From assembly GCA_964016885.1 (NCBI GenBank), contig OZ024740.1:390538001-390602000 (forward strand): a stretch of 64,000 bases of DNA. Direction: 5' to 3'. The stretch comes from Eledone cirrhosa (lineage: Eukaryota). The notes beneath the pieces were generated by a model. It made no database searches. It saw only the letters and a list, made by a program, of their open reading frames with translations, and was not told the DNA's origin. Below are positions 13,396-25,330 of this stretch, one piece after another; the stretch's first letter is position 1, and the number at the start of each line of letters is the position of its first letter. Made by a program: the position numbers and the translations under genes.

Positions 13396-13727
13396 ATTAT
13401 ATATATATATATATACATCGAGTGATATATATATATATATATATTAGAAAGTGAGGTTTTTTTTACAAAATGGTAAATAACCGAGGTGTCCTACACGAGT
13501 GAAAGTATAAAGAAAAAAAAGATGAAATCGAAAATGCAACTTCAGTCTTATTTTTTTTTAAATATATATATTTATTTGGTTCCTTTACCCGTTTCATTAT
13601 GGAGGGTCTGTGGTTTTTCTCACATCTGTGAGAAAAACCACAGGCAGAAATAAAAAATTAAAATTGGAGCTCTGTATAATCAGTTCCTGATTATTTACTA
13701 GACTTCTATAAGAATATAACATCAGTG

Positions 13728-13820
13728 ATCTCAGTAGACAGGAGGGAGTAGTTAGCCTTGATAAGCATCAATAAATGCGAAACAAGGCCTTGTCGGCTTA
13801 TCTCCCCTGTTTGCTGAGAT
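13728..13820 (+). ncRNA. Type I hammerhead ribozyme with intact core carrying a U3-A8 covariation
   Basis: AGCC-TTGATAA-GCAT CAATAA ATGC-GAAA-CAAGGCCTTG-TC-GGCT. Stem I extends through ATCTCAGTAGACAGG / CCTGTTTGCTGAGAT. Predicted cleavage after C13794. Confidence 0.8.
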
Positions 13821-13997
13821 TAAAGTAAGTGAGTTTGTCACTACTCTAAAACAATAGCATACGGTCTTCAAAATGCTTTTAATTAAGCATAAAGTGTATT
13901 GCAAAATACATTATATATACATTTATATATATATTGCTATTTCAGAGCTCCAATTCTAATTTTTATATATATATATATATAGTAATATAATCTGTTA

Positions 13998-14055
<58 letters not shown>

Positions 14056-14689
14056 TAAAAGGAATTCCGACTTTCTCTGATTTACTCGTTATATTTACAA
14101 TCCTTTAAAATTATAATGATATTATAATGAAATAGTATGGTAGAATATTAAATGTTAAATATTAATTGAACATCTACTTTCATGCTTTCGCAATCTTCAG
14201 GTTCATATTCAGTGGTGACAGTCAAGTTTGCAATTTTTGAAATTGTCTGTGTTTTATAGATTAAGGAAATGACAAAATTAATGATTGTGACATTCATGCC
14301 AGTAACTCAAATAGGTTATTGGATCATGATTTTCGTCTTTCGTTTTTCGTTTTCATACATGGTAAAGTCAGTTAACATGACAATGTCCAGGCGATCTTCG
14401 ACAGAACTCAGTACGCAGAGAACTAGAAGAAATAGAGCAAGGTATTTTGTCACATGTCCTACCTACTCTGCCACTTCACCGCCTTTAAATTATCTCAGCA
14501 GGAAAAAGAAACAAAACAGGAATAGATCTGCTTTAGTCATGAGTGTTCCAGTTATAGGGTCAATGAAACAGCCTTCTTGCCAAACTAATGTGTAAATAGC
14601 TGAGCATTTCATCGACACGTGTATTCTAATGTAATTCTCAGGGTGATTTAGAATGACAGTGTGTAATACGGCTGGTCCAACCAACAGAC

Positions 14690-14840
14690 TTCCATATAAT
14701 TTCCGTCTACCAAATTTCATTCACAGGGCTTGGTTCTACGTGGGATTATGTTAAATGAAACTTGTCTAAAATGCTACGCATAGGAATCGAACATGGAACC
14801 TTCTGATAGGGATTTGAAATTTTAAACATTAAGCCACATT
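14690..14840 (-). mobile_element. SINE family 2, degenerate
   Basis: TTTCCGTCTACCAAATTTCATTCACAGGG...GGAATCGAAC (reverse-complement B-box). Related to 16160-16310 and 32610-32710. Confidence 0.55.
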
Positions 14841-14953
14841 GTGTCCACATGCAATAGGTAATATAGTTCTAGATACAAAAGATGTATAGTCACGGCTGGA
14901 ATACTTCAGATTATTGGTCTGCTTAATCAGGATAATGTTAAGGTTAAACTATA

Positions 14954-15310
14954 ATTGTTTCTACTTTAGGCACAAGGCCAGCAATTACCCAGTACATTAC
15001 TGGGTCTTTATTTTATCGACCCCGTAAGGATGAAAGGCAAAGTTAACTTCGGCGGGATTTGAACTCAGACTGTAAAGGGACGTAACTGTGCTAGAAAGGT
15101 TAAACTATTGTAATGGTTTCTTATATAGGCACAAGGCCAGCAATTTTCGGGGGGTCGATAAAATCAACCTCAGTGCGTAACTGGTACATTATTTTATCGA
15201 CCCCGTAAGGATGAAAGGCAAAGTTAACCTCGGCGGGATTTGAACTCAGATCATAAAGGGCCGTAACTCTATGCTGCAAACCATGGCGTCGAACCCGCTA
15301 CCGCCTTCAG
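14954..15310 (-). mobile_element. Two tandem SINE family 1 copies
   Basis: TTTTATCGACCCCGTAAGGATGAAAGGCAAAGTTAAC.TCGGCGGGATTTGAACTCAGA occurs twice. Confidence 0.88.
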
Positions 15311-15659
15311 GTTAAATTATAATACTAACAACAGTAACAGCAAAAATGAAAATGAATAACATCAAAATAAGATCAATAATCAATAATCAATAATTGATCG
15401 CCAATCAATATAACGAGCGTGCCTATGTTGTGAAAATTGACACTAGCGTGTAAACGATGGTTTATTTTAATGTCGAAATTTTTTTATTTGTTTTGGGTAA
15501 TTGGTATCAAAATATTTTGGAAAAATTTCTTTTAGTATACAAATGTTATAATTTATATAAACTTATAATTTTAGAGAATTTAGAAAAGTTTAATATATAA
15601 AATGATTAATTACTAATTGCTGCTGTCATATGAATCCATATTTGACGTTTTTAGCAAAC

Positions 15660-16155
15660 AACATCATGGTTGATACGGATGCAAGAAGCTGGTGTAGTAA
15701 TGCGCATGCTTCAGCATTCGGTAATCAGAAGAAGGGAGGTAGGTGTAAAAACCAAACTCACTATCTTCGTGCCAACCCTTACCTATGGTCATGAATCTTG
15801 AGAAATGTCCGAAAATTACGATCGCGAATATAATCGGCCGAAATGTGGTCCCTAAAAAGGGAGGATCTTGTAAGTAACGTTACTCGATAGAGTGCATAGC
15901 TCGGAGATCAGAAAGTCACTCCAGCTAGAACCGCTACTTTTTTGTATTGAGAGATCACAACTCCGATATTTCGGACATGTATTAGAATGTCCCAGGAAAG
16001 AATAGCTGGACAGATTTTATCTGCAAAACCAACCGGCGGGAGATCCAGGAGTAGTCCCCGAACAAGATGGTTGGAGAACATCCATAAACTCGGCTGCTCC
16101 AACTTGGTGAGCCTGTCGGATCAACTAGAGACTGTCATCACAAATAGAGATACGG
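15660..16155 (+). pseudogene. RTE-clade LINE 3' fragment
   Basis: IFVPTLTYGHES, ERSQLRYFGHV.RMSQERIAGQILSAKPTGGRSRSSPRTRW: the typical RTE C-terminus. Confidence 0.8.
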
Positions 16156-16159
16156 ACAA

Positions 16160-16310
16160 ACTCGCGCACGGTTTTAGTTTGCTATATTTCTGTTATAAGG
16201 TATTGATCAACCCGGGCTTAGTAGCAGGCACTTGTACAAGATGACGCACAGTACCACTGAACCCGAAACCACGTGGTTGCTAAGAAGATTTCTTAACCAC
16301 ATAGCCATGG
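16160..16310 (-). mobile_element. SINE family 2 copy
   Basis: ACTGAACCCGAAACCACGTGGTTGC...TTCTTAACCACATAGCCA, a reverse-complement tRNA-like head. Confidence 0.55.
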
Positions 16311-16478
16311 GCTTTAGCAAAGGCTTCGTCTAACAAATTACATTCACAAGACATTGGTAAGTCCAAGAAAAATTATAGCTTTTAGATTACGTCTGTCTGA
16401 AAAAGAAGACAGGATAATTAGAGCTAGAAAATTTTTGATCATTATGTATACTTAGACATTAACAAGAACAACAAATAA

Positions 16479-16658
16479 TTGTTTCTACTTTTGGCACAAG
16501 GCCAGCAATTACCCAGTACATTACTGGTACTTTATTTTATCGACCCCGTAAGGATGAAAGGCAAAGTTAACCTCACCTTTCATCCTTACGGGGTCGATAA
16601 AATAAAGTACCAGTAATGTACTGGGTAATTGCTGGCCTTGTGCCAAAAGTAGAAACAA
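16479..16658. repeat. Perfect 83-bp inverted repeat of the SINE 3' half with a 14-nt loop and a flanking 19-bp direct repeat
   Basis: Arms at 16479-16561 and 16576-16658. AACAAGAACAACAAATAAT occurs at 16461-16479 and 16654-16672. Confidence 0.93.
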
Positions 16659-17039
16659 GAACAACAAATAATGTTTTCAGTTTAGGTATTAGTGCGCTTT
16701 TCACGAAATGTTAGAGGCAAAAATTATCTAACCGATCGTACTTTAATGCGAGTGGATTCATGATGTCATTGAATCATTAGATAGGTGACAAAGTAGAATA
16801 AGATTAAGACATGCACACACCTAATCAATTTCAATTGATACAAGAATTCAGTAACGAAGTGTTACAAGATGTTTTACACATAACCTTTTGGTTATGAAAA
16901 AATCAACTGAAAACAGAAAAACAGAAGCTCTGAAAATTCCAGCTAACAAATAAATTTATGGAGATTAGACTTTACTATGACGTTATACATGTAGAATGTA
17001 TAATAGGTGAAAGAGAATAACTAAAATATTATCGAGTAA

Positions 17040-19180
17040 CCTTACTCCAAAGATGCTTCAGAGGAATCTCATTTCGGGTGTTTGTATTCGCGATCGTATT
17101 CTTTCTATCATTACCCAAGATGCATGACCATAGGCTAAGAGTTGGTACGAATACCGAATTGAAGATAGGGAGTTTCGTTTTATGTCTACCTCCCTTCTTC
17201 TGATTACTGAAGCTGGCGCATTACTGCAACAGCTCCTGCAATCCTTACTTAATTTAGCCTTCTGCCTTCCATCACTCGTGAAAACAGCCTCGAGATAATT
17301 AAACCTTCTCTACTTGCTTCAGTGGTACTCCATTCAGATGTAGAGTGTACTCTGCAGGCTTCCTTGTAAGGACAAGTGATTCAGTTTTCGCAGCACTCAT
17401 TTTCATTTCAGCCAAGCAACACTCGGCATCAAACCTATCAAGTGGAAGTCAGGATCACCTTCTATCGAGTTGAGTAACACCGGGCCGTCTGCAAATTTCA
17501 GCCGACTTATTTTACGCCCGCCAATCATGACACCGGTCCGACCCGGCTGCACATGTCAATCCTGTTCATGTAAATAATGAACAGGAGAGGTGACAGGAAG
17601 CACCCTTGCCCGACTCCTACATTGAAGGGTTTCGATTTAGCACCATTTATCCGAACATAAATAATTGATCATTCGTATAGAGACATCAGACCAGCAAGAA
17701 GCTGGCCATTTATCCCCAAATCCCGCAGAACGTTCCACAGCAGGTCCCGACGAACGGAGTCATATGTAGTTTGAAGGTCGACAAAACAAGAATATACCTC
17801 TTGGCAATAGTCACACGATTTCTCGCAGACCTGTGAGTATTTGGTTGGTTGCGCTGCACCCGGGACGGAAACTGCGCTGTTCATTAGCTAGCTTGGACCC
17901 GACAATCTCCCTGCATCTCTTTGCCACACACTTAGCATAGACTTTACCGGGGAGGCTGAACAAGGATATCCCTCTATAATTGCAACAATTTCTTTTGTCT
18001 CCCTTTTGGAAAATTGGGATTATCGCTCCCGATCGCCTTTCCAGTGATCCAGACCACCCGGCAATCATAAGTTAGTCAGAGAATACATTCTCTAATTAAG
18101 GCTTTTAACATCTCAGGCCGGATTTTTTCTTCCTCGGCGGTCTTGCCATATTTGAGCCCTTTAACCGCTCATGTGATCTCAGCCTCTGAGAGATTAGTCA
18201 CCAATCCCAGTTGCACCTCGTGTGCATCAGAAGATGTTGTTGTGATCAAGTTTAGGAGATTGGCAAAGTATTCTTTCCACCTCACGCGGATACATCTCTG
18301 AAGAGAACCACTGGCGTGTTCTTGATAGCATGTGTGGATGAAGACTTCTTATTACGAAATCGGTGGATGGTCTGCCAGAACAGTTTATTTGCTGATCTGA
18401 AGTCGGATTCCAGCTTAACCCCAAAGTCCTCCCATGTCTTAACTTTGGACGCCTTTACTGTCTCTGCTGCAATTCTTCGCAAGTGCAAGAAGCAGGACTT
18501 AATTCCAAGCCACGCTTTGTAAGCATCCTTCTTTGCTCGGATGGCATCTTTGACCATTTGATTTAGCCAAGGAGTTCTCCAGCATCCGGCGCCACACCAA
18601 GCTTCTTTCGCACGTAGCATTTAACAGCTGAATCAGAAACTGCTGAGTTGAACAATCTCCACTCTGTCTGAACGTCCTCAGTTTGCTCAGGAAGTTCTCT
18701 AAATTTGGATGCAGAAGTATCTGTATACCTGGTCCTGACTTCCTTATCCGCCAATGCTTCGCACTTTATCCTGTAGGTCTCCCTGGACTTGCCAGTTTTA
18801 CTGGCTTTTGTGGTTTTAGGTAGTCTCAAGCTGCAGATAACTAGATGGTGATCAGTTGACAGCTCAGCCTCTCTCTTAACACGAACATCCAGCACAGAAT
18901 CGAAAGGATCAGAGACATAACAAAATCAATTATTGATCTCTGTTCTTGATTCCCCTTATTCCATGTACATTTATGGATCTCTGTGTTAGACAAAGTTGTT
19001 CATAATAGAGAGTCCATTGATAGAACAGAAGTCTAGTAAGGTCTCTCCATTCGTATTTAGATCAGGGTCACCATTCCTTCCAATCACTCCTTTTTTTGTT
19101 AGCTCTGCCAAGAATCGGATAAACGTAGGCAACTAAAATATGAGCATATGCAAAAATGGCTAACAACGGGAAAATAAGGA
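17040..19180 (-). mobile_element. RTE-clade LINE, degenerate (APE endonuclease C-terminus plus RT)
   Basis: LDVRVKREAELSTDHHLVIC, IIPIFQKGDKRNCCNYRGISLFSLPGKVYAK, CFVDLQTTYDSVRRDLLW, GVGQGCFLSPLLFIIYM; multiple frameshifts. Confidence 0.9.
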
Positions 19181-19958
19181 ACTATCAGTTACTCATCATC
19201 TAACTACTGGAGATCAATATGATTTCTGTTGTTAAAGTTACTATTATTCTCTCCGGCACACAAGACGACAAAATACGATAAAATAAGACTGAATTTTTAC
19301 GACTAAATACACAAATAAAATGCAAAAAGTGTACGTACAATGCAACGTGACTCTAACTGTGCAGCATATGCACTGAGATAAAAATTCAAGGACTATATTT
19401 TACTTTAGCCTTTTATATAGAGATTTTCTAAATATTTATAAATCATATACTACTTATATAAGCATATACGATTAGTATAGATAATAGAACGCATGGCACA
19501 TACACCTTCCCATGCATACACACTATCATACATACATTCAAACGTGTATACATTACATAGGTATACTTATAAATATAAAAGCATGCTGGTGCATGTTTTA
19601 GAGAAATAGTGATTGACTGCTAGGCTGAATGCTAACTAGATAGACAGATAGATAGACAGACAGGTAGATAGAGGTGGAGTGAAAGAACGGAAAGAGAGGA
19701 GTAATAAAGAACGTTAATAAACTCGAAAATTTCTTTAAAATCATTGCCTTTTCATTTTCTCTTTTTCCCTTTCCTCACTTATGATCGATTTATCTATAAG
19801 TGCGCATTACAGAAACTGCATTAAGACGATCACTTTGGTTTTTGCATGGTAGTTTCGTGTACTATTTTTGTTGATATCGTGGTTGTAAAAGAAATAGCTT
19901 ATTCCTTTGATAGTATGAAAGCTATTATTGCTATTGCTTTTAGCACTGAGAAACAGAG

Positions 19959-19989
<31 letters not shown>

Positions 19990-20665
19990 TGTATGTATGT
20001 ATGTATGTATGTATGTATGTATTTATGTCTGTATGTATGTATTTATGTCTGTATCCATGTATGTATATATATGTTATATTCGTTGTATCCGCTGTGTAAC
20101 TGGGAACTTTACTCGTGAGAAATTTTAAATGCGCATGTCTAAGAACGTTCGTGAATTTACGCTTTTGTTTGTGAATATATCGTCTTTCGTGCCTGTGTGT
20201 GCATGTGTATTTGTATGTGTCTTGTGCATCTTTATGTATATCAGTGTGTATGAACATTCACACTTCCAAAGTGTTAAGAAGTTCACTGAAATCTGGTTGA
20301 GATCCAATTGTGCAGCACTTTGCCAAAATCTTTCCACCAACTTTCAGACAGAACCTAGCATCTTGAGTGAAATTGGGTTGACAGAAACTCTACAAAAGCC
20401 GTTAATTCAAAGGGGCAACTTCGTAACAAAGGAGGATCACACTGAGTTTGTGGGTGCAAATATTCGTAGAATACGCTGCTACTCACACGTTAATTTATAG
20501 AAAATATAGTTTCATTGATCGCAGTACTGGAATACTCATTGATGAAACCAAGGGAGCATATATTACTCCATTCAGAATTATGTGTGTGCGTGGGTCTATG
20601 TATGTATGTATGTATGTATGTATGTATGTATGTATGTATGTATGTATGTATGTATGTATGTATGT

Positions 20666-21290
20666 CAGGTCACCAGTTGGTGCTACTGGTAACATGTATC
20701 CCAGTACAACCTGTCCCATGGTCGGGTCGTTGGCGACTAAACTGGCAACCCCACCAAGGTTTCTTGGTGAGGAGGGTGACTTTGGACATCCTGCAGGACT
20801 AAAAACAAAACCTGTCAAAGGGCAATGGAGCTCTGAAGAGTCAATGGCCATCCAAAATCACCGGGAGAGATGACCCCCTAGCCTTTGTCAAGGCAGAATT
20901 CTAGGAGAAAGAAAACTCTGATATAACACCTGCAACCCTGATGGTATCCAATGATGTTGACTTGTTCTTCTTTTTGGTAAATATCATCTTGGTTAAGAGA
21001 GTGGGACTGGCTTTGTGCAGTGCCTTTGCTCACTATAAAAGCTTCATGGCACAGGCATTGCTTTATATCTGGAGATCTCTCTGCACTTGTCGTCACATGG
21101 CCCAGCACTATGTGTCAATAATTGTCACAAGTGTAGTGTTTGTACCAGAGTTTTCAAGTCGCTGGCTGGACTAAAAAGCCACACTCATTCAGCGCATCGG
21201 TAGGGGTTCTCCTACATGGATATAAAGTAGTGGCCGTACTCAAAAACGAGTTGGCAGCCACCATGTATGTATGTATGTATGTATGTATGT
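20666..21290 (+). mobile_element. Non-autonomous RTE-derived ~600-bp retroelement, copy 1, in (TATG)n
   Basis: Highly similar to 51407-52021 with the same 5' and 3' junctions. RTE-like leader motif GGAGAAAGAAAACTCTGATATAACACC, (ATGT)n tail, no Pol III boxes and no meaningful ORF. Confidence 0.85.
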
Positions 21291-21373
21291 GTGTGTGTGT
21301 ATATATATGTGTACATATGTATGTGTATGTATATGCGCGGGGACATAGAAATAATCGGGCTGGATACCCGATC

Positions 21374-21619
21374 ACGCGGTTAAACCACTAGGAGTGAAGG
21401 ACCCCTAGTCTTTGTCAGGGCATTCTTCTAGGAGAAGGCAACTCAGGAAACTCGGATAACTCCGACATAAAACCTGCGGCTCAGTAGTTACCGATGATGT
21501 TGATCTTTTCTTCTTTTCGGGTTATAGCTACTGTCGCTCAGAGAGTGGGATTGGCTCAGTGCACAGTCTTTCTTCACTTTAAAAAAATCTTCGTGCACAG
21601 GCATTGCACGATAGAATTA
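21374..21619 (+). mobile_element. RTE-type 5'-region fragment (subfamily B), second copy
   Basis: Near-identical to ~5690-5935. Confidence 0.7.
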
Positions 21620-21962
21620 ATTAATAATTACTAATAATGGTATATCGTGCAATGGCCATACTCGATAACGAGGGGGCAGTCATCATGTATGTATGCATGT
21701 GTGTATGTGTGCGTGTGCGTGTGTGTGTCTGGGTGTATGCGTGTGTATATATGTCTGTGTGTCTGTGTTTCTTCCTCTGCAATCTGGGGATGAGTGTATT
21801 TGTAAGAAACTATTTTTATTTGACTGAAGTAAGAACGATGGGGACATATAACAATATAGAAAAATGAACTGCATATTTTACCGTATCTAATTTAGTCTAT
21901 CATTTACCTGAATTCTTATCTCTTCCACAAGGATGATTTTTACTTCTGTTATCAATAAAAAT

Positions 21963-22053
<91 letters not shown>

Positions 22054-22222
22054 GGTGGTGGTGGTGGTGGTGATGGTAGTAGTAGTAGTAATAGTAATGG
22101 TGGTGGTGGTGGTAGTAGTAGTAGTAGTAGTGGTGGTGGTGGTGGTGGTGGTGGTGATAGTAGTAGTAGTAGTGGTGGTGGTGGTGGTGGTGGTGGTGGT
22201 GGTGGTGGTGGTGGTAGTAGTG

Positions 22223-22275
<53 letters not shown>
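21963..22275. repeat. Compound (TAG)n/(TGG)n microsatellite
   Basis: Seen directly in the sequence. Confidence 0.97.
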
Positions 22276-22276
<1 letters not shown>

Positions 22277-22354
22277 TTCGTGCATAGTTTTCATGTATAA
22301 TTATATGCTTTGTAAAAAAAATCGGCTTTTTGCTAATCAATATTATCACCACTG

Positions 22355-22570
22355 GGTTAGTGGATTGGTAGATTTGTTAGAGTGTTGGACAAAATGCTTT
22401 GCTGCATTTGATCCGACGTTATACGTTCTGAGTTAAAATTCTACTGAGGTTAACTTCGACTTTCAGGATCGATAAAATAAAGTAGCAATAAATTACTTGG
22501 GTCGGTTTAATCGATTTTCCCCTTTTATCAAATTACGTCCCTAGCGTCTAAATTAGAGACCGTTATTATT
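22355..22570 (+). mobile_element. SINE family 1, degenerate
   Basis: TGGATTGGTAGA head, CGTTCTGAGTTAAAATT B-box remnant, GATCGATAAAATAAAGTAGCA. Confidence 0.65.
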
Positions 22571-23003
22571 GTTGTTTAACCCTAATTCAGCTCTGATCGT
22601 ACACTAGGGTGGTCATATATTTTAGGGTGATATCTGGCGATCAGAGTCTTATCGCGCAGAACTATGATCAATGACTTTTCAATTATGACCAGCCCGGCTT
22701 TCATATGTATCTATAGTTAAAACACACTATCTATGAAGCCACTGCGTTCTTCCCTAACAAGTTGAGTGGTCATACAAAGACTTGTTCCGTTTGATCCAAC
22801 ACATTTGGTTGATTTCTGGGTGATATGTTCTTCCTTTAAGTTATTTCTTTCAATTATTTCTTAAGTGGCAATTTAATCTAATATGAATATAAATCATTTT
22901 CCACCACCCACCGCGTATGGAATAATAGTCAATTAAAGACATATGGTTAGAAGACCTTGTAAATTGCACTGAAGTCATCTTAGTCAGTAATGAATACATA
23001 TTG

Positions 23004-23930
23004 TCTTCTTCTTCTTCTTCTTCTTCTTCTTCTTCTTCTTCTTCTTCTTCTTCTTCTTCTTCTTCTTCTTCTTCTTCTTCTTCTTCTTCTTCTTTCGCCC
23101 ACTTATTTTTGGAAGGGTCGTGAGGGCAGAACCCTCAAGCACACCTTACAGCGGTTCCTGTCAGAAGCAGTTGTCTCCAATTGATCCGATTCGATCCCCA
23201 AGCGAGACCAGCCGGGTTCATTGAATTTATTCAGCCCTCTTGCTCTACCCCTGGGTGTCTTACCGGTTGATTTTGCCCGTAAAATATGTCCAGGTATTCT
23301 TTTTTGAGACATTCTAAACACATGTCCGTAATAACAGCTGTAATCTCTCAATTCGGAGAAGTAGCGGCTCTACCTGGAGTGACTCCCCAATCGCAGAGCT
23401 ACGCATTTTATCGAATAACGTTTCTCCAAAGACTCTTTAGAGGAACCTTATTTCGGCTGATTCTATTCACGATCGTATTCTTTCGTTCATTACTCAAGAT
23501 TCAGGATCATAGGTAAGGGTTGGCATGAATACTGAATTGAAGATAGCGAGTTTGGCTTTAACCCCATTTCTTCTGATGGCCTAAGGCTGAAGCTGGCACA
23601 TTATTGCACCAACTCTTGCAATTCTTGCACTCAATTTAGCCACCTGCCTTCCATCACTTGTGAACACAGTCCTGAGGTACTTGGACTTCTCCGCCAACTT
23701 CCGTATAACTCCACACAATTGTATAATGTATTGTGCAGGCTTCCTTGAGAGGACGAGTTTCTCCGTCTTCGCAGCATTGACTTTCATTCGTCGTGCAGCA
23801 CTCGGCATCTAACCTATCAAGTGCATGTTGGAGATCCTCACCTGACGAGATAAGTAATATCATGTCGTATATTATGAATAAGAGAGATGACACTACGCTC
23901 CCTTGACAGAGTCTGACACACTTTTGGCTT
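23004..23930 (-). mobile_element. RTE-clade LINE 3' portion with a (GAA)n tail
   Basis: LLFIIYD...LQHALDRLDAEC; YLRTVFTSDGRQ; GHVFRMSQKRIPGHILRAKSTGKTPRGRAR. The tail is the (CTT)n at 23004-23095. Confidence 0.85.
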
Positions 23931-24029
23931 CGTCTCTTTCCATATATGGCATTTTAGATCCTAGACTCTTATACGAAACACTCTAACTAACATAAACCAT
24001 CTAATATTGAACCTATCAGAAAATTCTAT

Positions 24030-25330
24030 AAATGACTTACTTTCCATCAAACCCGCACCTTATTACTATTCAAAACGGACAGTGATTATATTCGTCAAAC
24101 CTAAAACAAAAACCTTCCTTCACAGCAGTACTCTACATGGTCGTGAAATCCATCTATTTTGTTCAGTCAAAAAATTCAAAACAAACTAACTGGGGTCACA
24201 TATAAGTCAAATAAATTTAACAAATAGAGAAATGTACGGATTTGTTTAATACAACAGCTGAGAATAGTGAATAATTCTGCAGACAATATATTCAGCTGTT
24301 TATGCAATTTAAACTTGTACATCACTATGTTAGAGCGTATCACTTTTATTAGTTGAAGCTTTTCATGTGTAAAAGCTTTTGTGAGTAATAGTGTTTTCGT
24401 GGTGTCTACTAATTTCATCCATTTCCTTGAGTCTAAGTTTGTGAGTTTATATTTAGTTATATCACACATTTGTTTGCCTGCTAAGATGAGGTTTTCTCCA
24501 ACTTTTGACACTTCTGATATAGAAATTGCTTATTGACGGAGAGGATATTTCGTGGCACATCTGTTAGGAGAAATCTTTGTTGCATATTATCCCTAAATCT
24601 TTAACAATTGCTTCTGAATATTTATTTTTATTTCAAACGATCCATATGTATAGGTGAAGGATTATAGCGCAACGTTATGTAAATAGTTTCTCTGACGGGA
24701 CTTGATAACTAGGAAAAGTTATGCCAAGGATTTACCCATTTATCTATTGAGACTTCATGAGAGATTCGTTTTACTTGTTACCGTATTAGGAGAATAACAT
24801 ATTCATAATTTAAAATTGCAGCTATTGTTGTTGTTTTGCCCCTATACCTGTTATAGTTATCTCTTGAGTAGATCAGGTCTTCAAAACAACATTACTCAAG
24901 CTCCCAGTGTGCCGTGTCTATGGACAAGCTTCGGTTCCTGTTCCAAGTATTTTCACTCCATTTACTCCATTTACTTCTTTTATGCTTTGAGAAAATGCAG
25001 TAACAGCACAAAGATTTTCCTAGGGCGTTATGCCTAGATAAACGACGTCAATACTGGTTATATAGAGAAAGGTTATAGATTGTATCGATATAGCTTGGAT
25101 TCACAATAATCTTTCCATTCCAAGTTTAGTCTATTGTAATGTACAAACGCTGCTGATGGCCTTTATGAATCAAAGAATTTGTACCTGGCTGAGAAATGCA
25201 CATTAGATAAAATAAGTTAAATTTTCCGGTTTATTGATCTCATCTACTGTAACTTTTGTTTAAATCAATTGTCTTCAGCAACTTTATTTTGATAAATTTA
25301 CATTTCTATAGACATGATTTAAACCCAGAA
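24030..25330 (-). pseudogene. Highly degenerate Penelope-like RT relic
   Basis: ISEVSKVGENLIL...KYKLTNLDSRKW resembles the PLE pattern SEIGKISK.IL...NQW. Upstream RNVNY.KIKLLK is similar to the PLE N-terminal region. Confidence 0.35.

Noticed and set aside
14167-14205. Hammerhead-like motif GAAC-CTGAAGA-TTGCGAAAGCAT-GAAA-GTAGAT-GTTC (minus strand)
   Set aside because: Stem III and the cleavage triplet are broken. Counted only as a relic, not called as a feature.
20668-20810. Canonical HDV-like ribozyme call
   Set aside because: P1 with a G-U wobble and a C-UAA J4/2 can be drawn, but the L3/P1.1 consensus is absent. Kept only as an alternative hypothesis.
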